A program made the position numbers and the translations under genes. From an uncultured Holophagales bacterium (GTDB lineage: Bacteria; Acidobacteriota; Thermoanaerobaculia; Multivoradales; UBA5704): a stretch of DNA of 64,000 nucleotides. The stretch covers positions 448,001 to 512,000 of the forward strand of contig CAWJGT010000009.1 in the NCBI GenBank assembly GCA_963842525.1, written 5' to 3'. This document shows positions 1-10,500 of this stretch, one piece after another. The notes beneath the pieces are model-generated. The model was not told the DNA's origin and ran no database searches. It worked only from the letters and a program-made list of their open reading frames with translations. Position 1 is the stretch's first letter; each line of letters starts with the position of its first letter.

Positions 1-1
1 T

Positions 2-328
2 CCGCGATCACGGCGAAAGCTACAGACCAGCCTGGCCGTGGCTCTCGCCGATCTGACGCCGCACGGGCGGGTCGACGTGGTCCTGCTGGACGAAGCTCCT
101 GAGCTCCTGCGGCAGCGGGTCTTCGAGACCGGTCGGCTGCTGCTCAGCCAGGACGACGCGGCGTTGCGCGACCTGCGGGTCCGGACCATGCGTGAGCACG
201 GCGACCGGGAGCACTACCGCGATCTAATGCGGGAAGCGCAGCGGCGCCGTCTGGAGAGGGGGGACTTCGGTGGTCGATCGGGACGCGCTCTCGAGTCGCT
301 TGAGCGCATTGGAAAGCTATCTCGCTGA
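2..328 (+). CDS. mntA: MNT (minimal nucleotidyltransferase) antitoxin of a HEPN/MNT TA pair, 5' end outside window
   Basis: Frame is open from base 2. C-terminal half has the RVDVVLLDEAPELLRQRVFETGRLL pattern typical of MNT proteins and overlaps a DUF86/HEPN gene. Confidence 0.8.
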   Translation, partial: PRSRRKLQTSLAVALADLTPHGRVDVVLLDEAPELLRQRVFETGRLLLSQDDAALRDLRVRTMREHGDREHYRDLMREAQRRRLERGDFGGRSGRALESLERIGKLSR

Positions 329-689
329 GCTGCGGTCCTTCCAGCGTCTTAGCCGCGAGGAGTTTGTCCGCGAGCCCGCCTTTCATCACCTGGCGGAGCG
401 ATACCTTCATCTGGCTTGTGAGTCGGTTCTGGACGTCGCGCATCACGTCATCGCCGATCAAGGATTCCGCCAGGCCAAAGGTTATAAGGACGCCATGGAT
501 GTCCTGCGGGAAGAGGGATTGCTCGACACCGATCTCGCCGAGCGCCTCAAGGGTTGGATGGGCTTCCGCAACGTGCTTGTCCATCTCTACCTGGAGATCG
601 ACCACGGACGTTCCTACGATGCCATCCAGGAGGATCTTGGGGATCTGGAGAAGTTCGCCACGGCGATGGGGCGGCTGCTCGGTCTCTGA
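270..689 (+). CDS. hepT: HEPN (DUF86) RNase toxin
   Basis: 139 aa with RNVLVHLY, matching the RX4HXY motif, and AERYLHLACESVLD helix; downstream of MNT. Confidence 0.9.
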   Translation: MVDRDALSSRLSALESYLAELRSFQRLSREEFVREPAFHHLAERYLHLACESVLDVAHHVIADQGFRQAKGYKDAMDVLREEGLLDTDLAERLKGWMGFRNVLVHLYLEIDHGRSYDAIQEDLGDLEKFATAMGRLLGL

Positions 690-751
690 CGCCCCCTGGG
701 ATCTGCTAGCATGCCTGTGGGCCGGATGCTGAAAGCCGGGAGAGACGAGAA

Positions 752-1000
752 ATGACTATCGAAGTAACGGTCCCCGAGGAGGTTCTCGCGGCTCTTCGCA
801 AGACCCCGCAGGAAGTCGCTCACGACGTGAGGGTCTCGGCGGCTGTCGAGTGGTACGCGGAGGGTCTGGTCTCCCAAGGCAAGGCCGCCGAGCTTGCGGG
901 ATTGAGCCGCTATGAATTCTTTGACGAGCTTGCCCGGCGCAAGGTGCCCGTCATCCAGATGACCATCGAGGAGCTCAAGGCAGAGATTCAAGGTGAGTAG
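752..1000 (+). CDS. UPF0175-family HTH protein, putative antitoxin
   Basis: VSQGKAAELAGLSRYEFFDELARRKVP is the typical UPF0175 pattern; overlaps a PIN gene. Confidence 0.85.
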   Translation: MTIEVTVPEEVLAALRKTPQEVAHDVRVSAAVEWYAEGLVSQGKAAELAGLSRYEFFDELARRKVPVIQMTIEELKAEIQGE

Positions 1001-1488
1001 ACGCTTCGCCGTCAACAGCTCGCCGTTGATCCTCCTCGGGCGCATCGCACACCTCGATCTCCTCCCGGCGCTCGCGGAGCATGTCGTCGTACCGCAAGCC
1101 GTCATCCGCGAGTTGGTGGCGAAGGGCGGGCAGGACTGGCTGGCTCGGACCGTATCGTCCCATCCTGGCATCGAGATCGTCGAGGATCTGCCGACTTCTA
1201 CAGATGTGCGACGATGGAACATTTGGAGCCGGGGAGTCGGCGGTCATCGCGTTCTGTCTTGCCAATCCGGGCTATCGAGCCGTGCTCGACGATCTGCGGG
1301 GGCGCCGATGTGCCCAGGCGCTGGCGGTGCCGCTCTTCGGTACCCTCGGCGTGATCGTCGAGGCTCGACGTCTCGGCCTCATCCCTCAGGCGCGGCCTCT
1401 GATTGCCGCAATTCGCGGAGTGGGTTACTACATTGAGGACGAGCTGGTTGATGCGGCCCTGCGTACGATTGGAGAGTCCTGGCTTTGA
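993..1488 (+). CDS. DUF3368-family PIN toxin, frameshifted near 1221
   Basis: N-terminal VNSSPLILL...VVVPQAVIREL is in one frame; GAGESAVI...LDDLRGRRCA...GTLGVIVEARRLGLI is in another. One extra base near 1221 would join them. Confidence 0.8.
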
Positions 1489-1521
1489 TCAGCCTGCTTC
1501 TCTCTCAATGAGCCTGTTTTT

Positions 1522-2184
1522 TCAGCGGCCAGCTTGGTAGATCCAGGCCGTCACCGCCCCCATCCAGTCGCCCGGCCGGAAAAAGGCGCCATGGCCGAGG
1601 CCGAGCCGCAGCACGATCTCCTCGTGGGCCAGCTCTCCCTTGGAGGCGGCAAAGGTCTTTTCGCAGGAGGTCGAGAGGTCGTCCGAGGCATCGCGCATCG
1701 AGAGGATGCGGCCCCGCAGGTCGAGGTCGAAATTGTCGGTCACCCAGGCGCCGCAGCCAGCCAGGATGACGAAGTTGACCTTTGGCTGGCGCAGCCGCGA
1801 GGAGGCCACGAGCGCGATGGCTCCGCCTTTTGAGAAGCCCATGACCGTGATCCGTTCCGGGGGAACGCCGCGGGCGAGGAGAGTCCGCACCTGAGCAGCG
1901 ACTTTATCGGCATAGCGGCCCACGTCCGTGCCGCGAGGCCGCGGCTCGCTGATTACCGTGAAGCCCTGAGAGGCTAGATCCGCAAGGATCTTTTCGTACT
2001 CGTAGACCCCGAAGCGTTGGCTGGTCGGCCGGATGCCCTCCTCTTCGATGATCCGGCCGTGCAGATAGATCAGGTAGGCGCCGCGCGGATCGACCTTCTT
2101 GGGCATGTCGCGCAGCCCTTGTCCAAGGGCGTGGGTAGGAATCAGCAGGAGAGCGAGGAAGAAAAGAACGACGAGCCGGGTCAT
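1522..2184 (-). CDS. Secreted alpha/beta hydrolase
   Basis: Signal peptide, YLHG, nucleophile elbow GFSKG, C-terminal GHG. Confidence 0.8.
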   Translation of the reverse strand: MTRLVVLFFLALLLIPTHALGQGLRDMPKKVDPRGAYLIYLHGRIIEEEGIRPTSQRFGVYEYEKILADLASQGFTVISEPRPRGTDVGRYADKVAAQVRTLLARGVPPERITVMGFSKGGAIALVASSRLRQPKVNFVILAGCGAWVTDNFDLDLRGRILSMRDASDDLSTSCEKTFAASKGELAHEEIVLRLGLGHGAFFRPGDWMGAVTAWIYQAGR

Positions 2185-2220
2185 GCGGCTCAGTATAGGA
2201 CCGCCTCAGGGCCGCCGTAG

Positions 2221-2463
2221 TAGTCCACGACCACCACCCTTGTGGAAACCACTGTGGCCAGTCTCTCTCCCCGTCACCACAACGGCACCGATCTCGCGTC
2301 CAGATCACCATGGCCCTGGCGTCGCCCATCACCGGTGGGGCAGGCCCAGGCTGGCGTGGCCGGCGGATGGGAACGGACGGGATGTTGCGAACGTTGGAGG
2401 TGGCGGGGGCCTTGGAGACGCCCTGGCCGCGGTGGTTCCCACAAGGTTCGTGGTCGCGGACTA
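2221..2463. mobile_element. MITE/REPIN-like element with long imperfect terminal inverted repeats
   Basis: Left end TAGTCCACGACCACCACCCTTGTGGAAACCACTGTGGCCAG matches the reverse complement of the right end, TAGTCCGCGACCACGAACCTTGTGGGAACCACCGCGGCCAG. Weaker similarity continues to about 80 bp. Intergenic. Confidence 0.6.
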
Positions 2464-2504
2464 GGGCATCTCTACAGGCTATGCGGGGGCTTCGAGTCGA
2501 TTTT

Positions 2505-4925
2505 TTACTCCCGCCGCAAAGCCACCATCGGATCCGTCCGCATCGCCCGCTGCGCCGGGATCCATGTGGCGAAGAGGGCCACGGCGGTCAAGAGGAGCGA
2601 GAGCGCCAACCAGGTCGACGGATCGGTGGGCTCCACTTGGTAGAGGAGGCCGGTGAGGAGACGTGCCAGGGCCACGGCGGCGAGGAGGCCGGCGGCGATG
2701 CCGGTGAGGGTGAGCCGCAGGCCCTGGCCCAGGATCAGCCTCGCCACGGCGGCACGGCCGGCCCCCAGGGCCATGCGCAGGCCGATCTCCCGCGTCCGCT
2801 GGCCGACGGTGAAGGACATCACGCCGTAGATGCCGACCGCGGCGAGCAGCAGGGCGATGGCGGAGAAGGCTCCGAAGAGGAGGCCCCAGAGGCGCGGCTG
2901 CCAGAGGGCTCCCGAAAGGAGGCTCTCGAGCGGCATCGCGCTCTCGACCAGCAGCTCCGGTGAGACTGCCCGGAGCTCGGTCCGGGCCGCAGTGGCGAGG
3001 TCGCCCCGGCCGCGGACCACGAAGGTCAGGGCGTCGAACGAGGGGAACTGGAAAAACGGCACGTAGAGATCGAGGCCGCCTTCGCGGTCCAGGCCCTGGT
3101 GCCGCACGTCGCCGACCACGCCGACGACGGTCCACTCCCTGCGCCGCTCTGCCTTGCCGAGAATCACACGTTTCCCGAGCGGTTCCTGGTTGGGCCACTG
3201 GCGCTGTGCGAAGGACCGGTTGACGATCGCGGACCGGGGCGCGCCCTCCTGCTCCAGCGCGTCCTCGAAGGCGCGCCCGCGGAGAAGGGGGATGCCCAGG
3301 GTGCGGAAATATCCAGCGGTGATCCGCTGGAGGTTGGCCTCGGGGTTGAGCTGCGCCTCTTCGGCGGTCTGACCGGGAAGGGCGAAATCGACCCTGTGCC
3401 ACGCTTCGGTGCCGGAGAGCGGCATGTCCGTGTTGGCGCCCACGGACTCGACGCCGGGCAGGCTCGCGAGCCTCTCCAGGGCCTGCCGGTAGAGGGCCGC
3501 GCGGTCCTTCGTATCCTCGATCCGGAAGTAGGGGAAGCGTGCGGTCAGGGCGAGCACGCCCTGCGGCCGGAAGCCGGGGTCGACGCTCCACAGGCGCAGC
3601 AGGCTCTTGGTCATCAGCCCGGCCCCGAGGAGGAGCAGCAGGGCGAGCGCCACCTCCGAGACCACCAGGAGCTGGCGGACGTGGCGGCTGCCGCTGCCGT
3701 CGGTCCCCCGGCCTCCCTCCTTGAGGACCGCCTGAAGGTCGAGGCGTGTGGTCGGGACGAGGGGCGCGAGGCCGAAGAGCAGGCCGGCCAGGACCGAGAC
3801 CCCGAAGGTGAAGGCGAGGACGCCGGCGTCGACCTGGATGTGGATCCAGGCCGGCAGCTCGGCCGGGCTCGCGGCGATCAGGGCGCGCAGGAGGAGCTGG
3901 GTACCGCCCGCGGAAAGGGCCAGGCCGGCGGCGCCGCCGAGCAGGGCGAGCACTAGGCTTTCGGTCAGGAGCTGACGGACGAGCCGCGGCCGGCCGGCGC
4001 CCAGGGCCGTGCGCACCGAGATCTCGCGCTGCCGCGCCAGGGCCCGCGCCAGGAGGAGGTTCGCCACGTTGGCGCAGGCGATGAGGAGCAGGAAGCCGCA
4101 GGCGCCCAGGAGCAGGAGGAGCGACGTCCGGACGTTGCCCACCCAGCGGTCGCGCAGGGGGACCGGCAGGACCTCGACGCCCGCATTGCTCGCCGGATGC
4201 TGGCGGCCCAATCCGGCGGCGACGCTCCGCAGATCGGCGGCTGCTCGTTCCAGCGTCGCCCCGGCTGCGAGCCGCCCGATCACCTCCATGCCGCGCACGG
4301 TGCGCGGGTTCTGGTTCTGCCGTTCCAGCGGCTCGACGCAGACCCAGAGGTCGGCGTTGGTCGGGAAGTGGAATCCCGGCGGCATGACTCCGATCACCGT
4401 GTGACTCTCGCCTTCGAGGCGGACCGTCCGTCCGAGGACCTTGGGGTCCGCGATGAAGCGCCGGCGCCAGAGGTCGTCGGAGATCACAGCCACCGGAGCC
4501 GCTCCGGCCACGGTCTCCTCGGGAAGGAATCCGCGGCCCAGGGCCGGCTGCACACCCAACAAGGAGAAAAGACTGCGGGTGGTCATCACCGCCCCGGCGG
4601 CCTCGGCTCCGTCCTCGAAACCGAGGTGGACCTTGGCCTCCTGAAAGTAGGCGAGGTCCGCGAAGGCACGGCTCTGCGCCTTCCAGTCGAGATAGTCGAG
4701 CCACGAGACGCCAAGCTCGTCGGCGCCCCGCCGGGCCTGGACCTGGACGAGGCGGTCCGGATCTGCGTACGGGAGCGGGCGGAGCAGCGAGGCGTCGACG
4801 ACGCTGAAGATGGCCGAGTTGGCGCCAATCCCGATCCCCAGGGTCAACACGATCACGGCCGCGAAGCCGGGATGCTTGCCGAGTGAGCGCACGGCGAAGC
4901 GAAGGTCTTGCAGCAGGGCACCCAT
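2505..4925 (-). CDS. ADOP-type duplicated ABC transporter permease (2x MacB_PCD + FtsX)
   Basis: Starts [18 protein letters not shown]; has [30 protein letters not shown] and ends [12 protein letters not shown] at 4925 follows GGAGG. Confidence 0.92.
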   Translation of the reverse strand: MGALLQDLRFAVRSLGKHPGFAAVIVLTLGIGIGANSAIFSVVDASLLRPLPYADPDRLVQVQARRGADELGVSWLDYLDWKAQSRAFADLAYFQEAKVHLGFEDGAEAAGAVMTTRSLFSLLGVQPALGRGFLPEETVAGAAPVAVISDDLWRRRFIADPKVLGRTVRLEGESHTVIGVMPPGFHFPTNADLWVCVEPLERQNQNPRTVRGMEVIGRLAAGATLERAAADLRSVAAGLGRQHPASNAGVEVLPVPLRDRWVGNVRTSLLLLLGACGFLLLIACANVANLLLARALARQREISVRTALGAGRPRLVRQLLTESLVLALLGGAAGLALSAGGTQLLLRALIAASPAELPAWIHIQVDAGVLAFTFGVSVLAGLLFGLAPLVPTTRLDLQAVLKEGGRGTDGSGSRHVRQLLVVSEVALALLLLLGAGLMTKSLLRLWSVDPGFRPQGVLALTARFPYFRIEDTKDRAALYRQALERLASLPGVESVGANTDMPLSGTEAWHRVDFALPGQTAEEAQLNPEANLQRITAGYFRTLGIPLLRGRAFEDALEQEGAPRSAIVNRSFAQRQWPNQEPLGKRVILGKAERRREWTVVGVVGDVRHQGLDREGGLDLYVPFFQFPSFDALTFVVRGRGDLATAARTELRAVSPELLVESAMPLESLLSGALWQPRLWGLLFGAFSAIALLLAAVGIYGVMSFTVGQRTREIGLRMALGAGRAAVARLILGQGLRLTLTGIAAGLLAAVALARLLTGLLYQVEPTDPSTWLALSLLLTAVALFATWIPAQRAMRTDPMVALRRE

Positions 4926-4942
4926 GGCGGCCTCCAGGAGTC

Positions 4943-5272
4943 TCAGTCGAGTCCGAGCCAACGACGCAGGGCGTCTTCGGCAGCTTCCAACTCGGCGGTG
5001 TCGCACCGACCGATCTCGTCGGTTATGGCGGAACGGGGAACACTGACAATTTTATCGACCATGATCTGGGAGGCGAGTCGCAGCCCAGTGCGTTCGCCGG
5101 GCGGCAGAGAGATGCGGAAGAGCGGCGCGTCGACGCAGTCTGACGTAATTGGACAAAGGGTGACGCTCTGGTGCGTGGGGTTGAACAGATCCGACTGCAC
5201 GACGAGCGCCGGACGGGGTTTTCCGGTGTAAGGGCCTTTCGCCGCTACCACCACAATGGCGCCCCGATTCAC
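4943..5272 (-). CDS. mazF: PemK/MazF-family toxin
   Basis: RGAIVVV...[12 protein letters not shown]...VTLCPITS...SQIMVDKI; GTG start overlaps the antitoxin stop. Confidence 0.9.
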   Translation of the reverse strand: MNRGAIVVVAAKGPYTGKPRPALVVQSDLFNPTHQSVTLCPITSDCVDAPLFRISLPPGERTGLRLASQIMVDKIVSVPRSAITDEIGRCDTAELEAAEDALRRWLGLD

Positions 5273-5538
5273 TTCCAACCCTGAGTGTCGGCGGTCTGCT
5301 CAATGAATTCGAGAGTTTCTCGTTCCGAGCGGCGGTGGCTCACCAGCAGTGACTGACGGCGAGCCTCCTGCACGTAATCGAGACTTCCTCCCTCCGCGCC
5401 CAGACCGGCGGCGAGGATCTCCCGTGCCACTTCGCTCTTGGTCTTGCGCCGCCGCCGTGCCTCACGTTCGAGCGAACGGGTGAGATCGGCATCGATGCGA
5501 AGGGTGAGCATGGCAGTCGCCTTCTCTGCTCGGCTCAT
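5269..5538 (-). CDS. RHH antitoxin (MazE-like, DUF3018-like tail)
   Basis: RHH pattern LTLRIDADLTRSLEREARRRRKTKSEVAREIL and EARRQSLLV tail; coupled to the toxin. Confidence 0.8.
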   Translation of the reverse strand: MSRAEKATAMLTLRIDADLTRSLEREARRRRKTKSEVAREILAAGLGAEGGSLDYVQEARRQSLLVSHRRSERETLEFIEQTADTQGWK

Positions 5539-5544
5539 TGTCAT

Positions 5545-5573
5545 ACAGTATTACACCTCCTGGGTGCGGTCAA
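5545..5573 (-). promoter_or_regulatory. sigma70-like promoter TTGACC-N17-TACTGT of the mazEF-like operon
   Basis: -35 at 5573-5568 and -10 at 5550-5545; predicted start site coincides with ATG 5538. Imperfect IR TGTCATAC/GTATTACA overlaps the -10. Confidence 0.55.
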
Positions 5574-5599
5574 CCGCTGTTCGGGGACGGGCGGCAGGG

Positions 5600-6010
5600 C
5601 TGCGAAATCGTACTTCTCCGTCCAGATCTGCCAGCGGCAAAATGGCTGCCGGGGCCTTGCTGAGTCGAGCTTCCCGGGGGCGGCGCCGTGCCGTCCCCGT
5701 TTTTTTACCCGTCTTGAGGCGCCATCTTGCAGGCAGGAAACGCCTGGCGCCTCTCGATCCGGTCGAGGCTTTGCGGTACGAGTAGTGAGGCGATCGCCGT
5801 ACGTCCCTGAGAAGAAGGATCAGCGCCGCTTCGAGATCGGTCATTCAGGGAATGGGCGAACCCGGATGGGGCCGCTCACGTCGCCGTGCTCCGCACCGGG
5901 CCGATGGAGCAGCCAGGCGCGCATCCGCTCGGCGATTTCCTCCTCGCTGGAGGATACCGACCTTGAGGCACTGCGAATGACTTCATTCGGCGAGCCAATT
6001 CGGATTCTGC
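5600..6010 (-). pseudogene. Degraded remnant of a small antitoxin plus nucleotidyltransferase-like toxin pair
   Basis: Fragments RYP...SEEEIAERMRAWLLHRPGAEHGD, spread across frames, end at 5841 with an overlapping start MTDLEAALILLL that then degenerates. Confidence 0.4.
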
Positions 6011-6137
6011 TACTTGACTCTGATCGTTTGGGCTCTTGGATCGGAAGGGCGGGCCGGGACCTGGTGGAGCCACTCATCAAGGGCGCCCAGAAGGAAGAGA
6101 AGAGGATCGCCCGCGATGGGCTCTGAGACCAGAATTG

Positions 6138-7423
6138 CTACAACACCGGCGCCAGCCACCGCGCGGCGCGGTCTCCCATCCGGTGGACAAAGGGGCGGCG
6201 GCGCCAGTCGCTGCGGAGGATCTCCTCCGAGCTTCTCCAGGTCGCGCAGGAAGACGCGCTCCAGATCCCCGGCGAGCTTCTCGTCCAGGGTCAACAGGTC
6301 GCACTCCGCGTTGAAGACGAACGAGCGGAAGTCCAGGTTGGTCGAGCCCACCACGGAGACGTAGCCATCGGTGACCAGGCTCTTGGCGTGGAGGATGGAG
6401 CCCTTGTACTCGAAGATGCGGACGCCCCTGGACAGCAGGCGCGAGAAGTAGCCGTGGCCGGCGTGGCGGACGACGGGGACGTCCGTACGGCCCGGCAGGA
6501 GGAGCCGGACGTCCACGCCGCGCCGGGCGGCTTGGCCGAGGACGCGCACGGTGGCCCAGCCCGGCGCGAAATAGGCGTTGGTGATCCAGACGTAGCGCCG
6601 GGCCGCGGCCACGATCGCCGCCAGGGGCGGCGGCCGTTTCGGCCTGTCCGCGCCTGGGACGGGAGTCGAGGACGAGGATACGGGCGCCCGGCGCCTGCGC
6701 TTCCCGCACGTCGAGAAGCGGTAGATCGAGCGGCGCCCCCCCGGCCACGATCCAGCCTTCGGAGAAGACCACGGCCATCTCCCAGGCTGTCGGACCGATC
6801 ACCCGGACGTGGGTATCCCGCCAGGTCTCGCCGGGCCGCGCCTTCGCGGTCGAGCCGTACTCCTCGCCGATGTTCATCCCGCCCGTGAAGGCGATGCGGC
6901 GGTCGACCACCAGGATCTTCCGATGGTCGCGGAACGGCTGGTACCAGAGGTAGGGGAACAGCGGATGGAAGAGCCGGCTCTCGATGCCGCGCTGCTCCAT
7001 CTCCCGCCAGAATCCCGAGCGGGTGGAGTACGACCCCAGTGCATCCGCCAGCACCTTGACGCGGACCCCGCGGGCGGCGGCCTGGGCCATGTCGTCCAGG
7101 AAGCCTCGCCCGGTCGCATCGTCCTTGTAGATGTAGGACTCCAGAAGGATCTCCGTCTGTGCGCTGGACACCGCCTCGCGCATTGCCGCGAAGGCGTCCT
7201 GCCCGCGGGTGAAGACCTTCACCTCGTTGCCGCCGAGAAACGGCGCGCCGTCGATCCGTTGCAGCAGGGTCTCGAAGCCGGGGTCGAATACCCCCTGGGG
7301 CAGCGTCCCGGCGAGGCGCCCGACGCGCCAGGCCCGCAGGTCGCGGGGGAGCTTGCGGCCTTCTTGCGGACGCAGGATGGGACGGAGGCGGCGGAGGCGG
7401 TTGCGGAGGCGGCGAGGGCTCAT
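6138..7423 (-). CDS. clsB: Cardiolipin synthase (PLD family, ClsB-like), with apparent frameshifts near 6620 and 6230
   Basis: HKD motifs RDHRKILVVD and LHAKSLVTD lie in different frames; also WRDTHVRV, ITNAYFAPG and VGSTNLDFRS. Confidence 0.85.
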
Positions 7424-7507
7424 CAGGGCTGGAGGCTCGGGCGCGGCTCCCTCGATCCTCTCACGACTCTTCCGAGTGACGTAACATGGCGCCCAGGTTT
7501 CCTTCTC

Positions 7508-10500
7508 ATGCCAGAGCCGTCCGTTCCGTCCCCATCCCCTCGACCGCCCCGCAGCCGGCGCATCCGGCAGATCGTCCTGGCGTTGGGCGCGCTGCTGGCC
7601 TTGCTGCTGCTGGTCGTCCTGGCCGGGATCATGAGCCTCCGGTCCGTGAAGGTGCGGCGGGCGATCCTCGCCCGGGTCGCGGACTATGCGGCGCGGGAGC
7701 TCGGGCTGCCGCTGGCGGCGGAGGATTTCCGTCTCCTCGGCTGGAGCGGCATCGAGGTGCGGGGGCTCCGGCTGGGGGTTCCCGGCGCGTCCCCCCTGCT
7801 CACGGCCGAGCGCGCCGTGGCCCGCGTGGATCTCCTCTCGCTGCGCGAGGACACGGCCGTGATCCGTTCGTTGGAGGTGTTTGCACCGCGGGTGGACCTG
7901 GCGGCGCCGGTGCCGCAGATCCCCGAATCCGAAGGCCCGCCTGGGTTCGAGGTGCGCAGGATCGTCCTCCATCAGGGCACGGTGATCGGCGCTCCGCTGA
8001 AAGGCGCCGCGGCGGAGTGGGTGCAAAGCTGGGGGATCGCCGGGATCGAGGCCCGTGGATCGTTCCGCAACGGCCCGTGGGACCTGGGCGTCGAAAAGGC
8101 GGACGCGCGGATCGACCGGCCCGGGCTCGAGCCCCTGGCGCTACGGATCTCTGGCCGGGTCGAGAGCCGGCCTGGCGAGCCGCTCCGGATCGACGGATTG
8201 CAGGCCACCGGCGACGGGCTGCACCTCACGGGCTCGGGGCGAGTGGGACTGGAGGAGGGTGGACCGCTCGCAGCGGCTTTCGAGGTCGAGGCCGATCCGA
8301 AGCTCCTGGGGGCGGGGATTCCGCCCGGAGGAGTCGTCCGGGCGCGCGGCGATCTGCGGCTGCCGGAGGCCTCCGGACGGGTGGCGCTGGATCTGCGGGC
8401 TGTGCCGGCCGAGGCCCTGCGGCCCTATCTGGAGGAAGGCCTTTTCGCCGACCTCTCCCTGGCGGGCACGGTTGCCGACGGTCGCGCCGATCTCGTGCTC
8501 GGCCCTGGAGATCTGGCGCGGGTCGGGGGTGAGGCGGAGGCGGCCTGGAGGCGAGGGGACCGCCGATTCGCACAGGCCGAGGTGCGGATCGTCCCTGGAG
8601 AAGGAGATGGAGCGCTCCGCCTGGCCTTCGCGGCCGATGTCCTCCCAGACTCGCCGGGACGCCGGCACGCCGAAGGGGTGATCGCCGGCGCCGGTTGGGC
8701 CGAGCTGGCGGACGGGGTGGCCGACGGCATCGAGGCGCAGGTCCGCCTGCCCGACATGGCCGCCGCCCTGGCCGAAGCCCGCAAGCTCTGGCCACGGCTC
8801 GTCCCGGCGCTGCCCGAGGGTGTCCCCATCCAAGGCTCTCTTGCCGCCACCTTTCGGCTCGATGGAGCGTTGGCCGATCCGGATGCGTCCGCGGACGCGA
8901 CCTGGAATCCCGATGCGGCGTCCCGGGTCCACCTCCGCGCCAAGGGCCGGCTCGCGACGTGGACGGGAAACGCCGAAGTGGAGTTGTCAAACCTGCCTCT
9001 GTCCCTCCTGCCTCCCCCTCTCCCGGAGGGCCGGGAGGGCGGATGGGAGAGGGGGCCGGGGGGTGAGGGGCTTCTCTCCGGCCGCCTCGCCTTGTCCGGC
9101 TCGCCTCGCGGCTACCGGACGCAGGCGGATCTCGAGATCGCCGCGTTGGTGTTCCCTCTGCCGGGTCCTCACCCCCGGCCCCTCTCCCATCTCCCACCCG
9201 CCCCTGCCCCGGGAGAGGGGAGAAATCCAAGTCAAAGTCCCCCCTCTCCCGGCGGGGGGTGGACGGGAGATGGGAGAGGGGGTCAGGGAGTGAGGACCCA
9301 GACCGCCCACCTCACGGTCGACGGCATCCTCGCGATCTCCGGGAAGGCAGGCCCCGTCTTCACCGGCTCCACGACCCTCGAAGCCACCGCTCTCGATGTC
9401 CCGGACTACGTCCGCCTGGAGACCGCCCGTCTCGCCACCGATGGCACCTTCCAGCTTGCGCCGCCTTCGTTCCGTGGCACCGCCAAGCTCGCCGGCACCG
9501 GCCTCGATGCACCTGGCAAGGCCCAGGTCCCCGGCTTCGAAGCCACAATCGAGGGGAATCTCGCCGCCGATCTCCCGGCGATCCAGGCCCGCATCGGCCT
9601 CGACGCGCCTAAGGTCCTTCTCGTGGAGCCGGCGATCGAGATCTCTGATCTCCATCTTCAGGCCGAAGCTGATGCTCGCGAGGCGCGGATTTCCGCTCTG
9701 TCCGGCTCGCTTCCGGAGGACCGCACCTTTGCCGCGTCGGGCCGCCTGACCCTCGATCCCTTGCTCGACGAGGCGGACCTCGATCTGCGGCTGGTCCGGC
9801 CGGTGGACGCGGTCCATGCGGCCGAGCTGTCGGCCTCGCTGCGGAGCGGCGTCGTCGGGATCTCCGCCCCGCGCATCGAGACCGACGCCGGCCCGGCGAA
9901 CCTGCGGGCCACAATTCCCTTGGGCGCCCTGGAGCAGATCCCAGCGCTGGCCGAGGGGCTCCGTGGCCTGCCGATCGAGCGGCCGGCGGGACCGGTCGTG
10001 GTCCGGCTGGAGGCCCCGGAGCTGGACTCACAGCCGCTGTTGGCGGCCCTCGGCCTCGATCCGCGGCCCGAGCGCGTGCGGGCCGGCCTGCTCGCCGACC
10101 TCACCTTCGATCCTGCGACTCCGGCCGCCGGCCGCGGCGAGATCCGCCTGGACGACCTGAGGGTCGAGAGCCCCGACGGCCGGGTCGTGGCCGAAGGGCC
10201 GGTGGTGGCACGGCTGGGTGAGGGGGCCCTCGAGGTCCTGCCGGTCCATCTGCGGATCGACGGCGCGGGGATCGAGGGCGCCGGTCTGGACCTCCAAGGC
10301 CGGGCGGAGCTCGATCCCCGCTGGCGGCCTTTCGGAGAGGCCGGCGGTCCCGGCGATCCTCCCGGGTCGCTCGTCACCCGGCTCTCGGCCGAGGCGGGGG
10401 GTACGCTCGAAGCCAGCCTGCTCAATCCCTATCTCGAAGGCGGGATCGCAGCAGGGACCCTGACCCTTCAGGCGAAGGCCTCGGGACGGCCGGACGACCT

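Noticed and set aside
6809-7507. N-terminal 233 aa of the 2328-aa ORF
   Set aside because: Antisense to the cardiolipin synthase; the TM anchor begins after ATG 7508.
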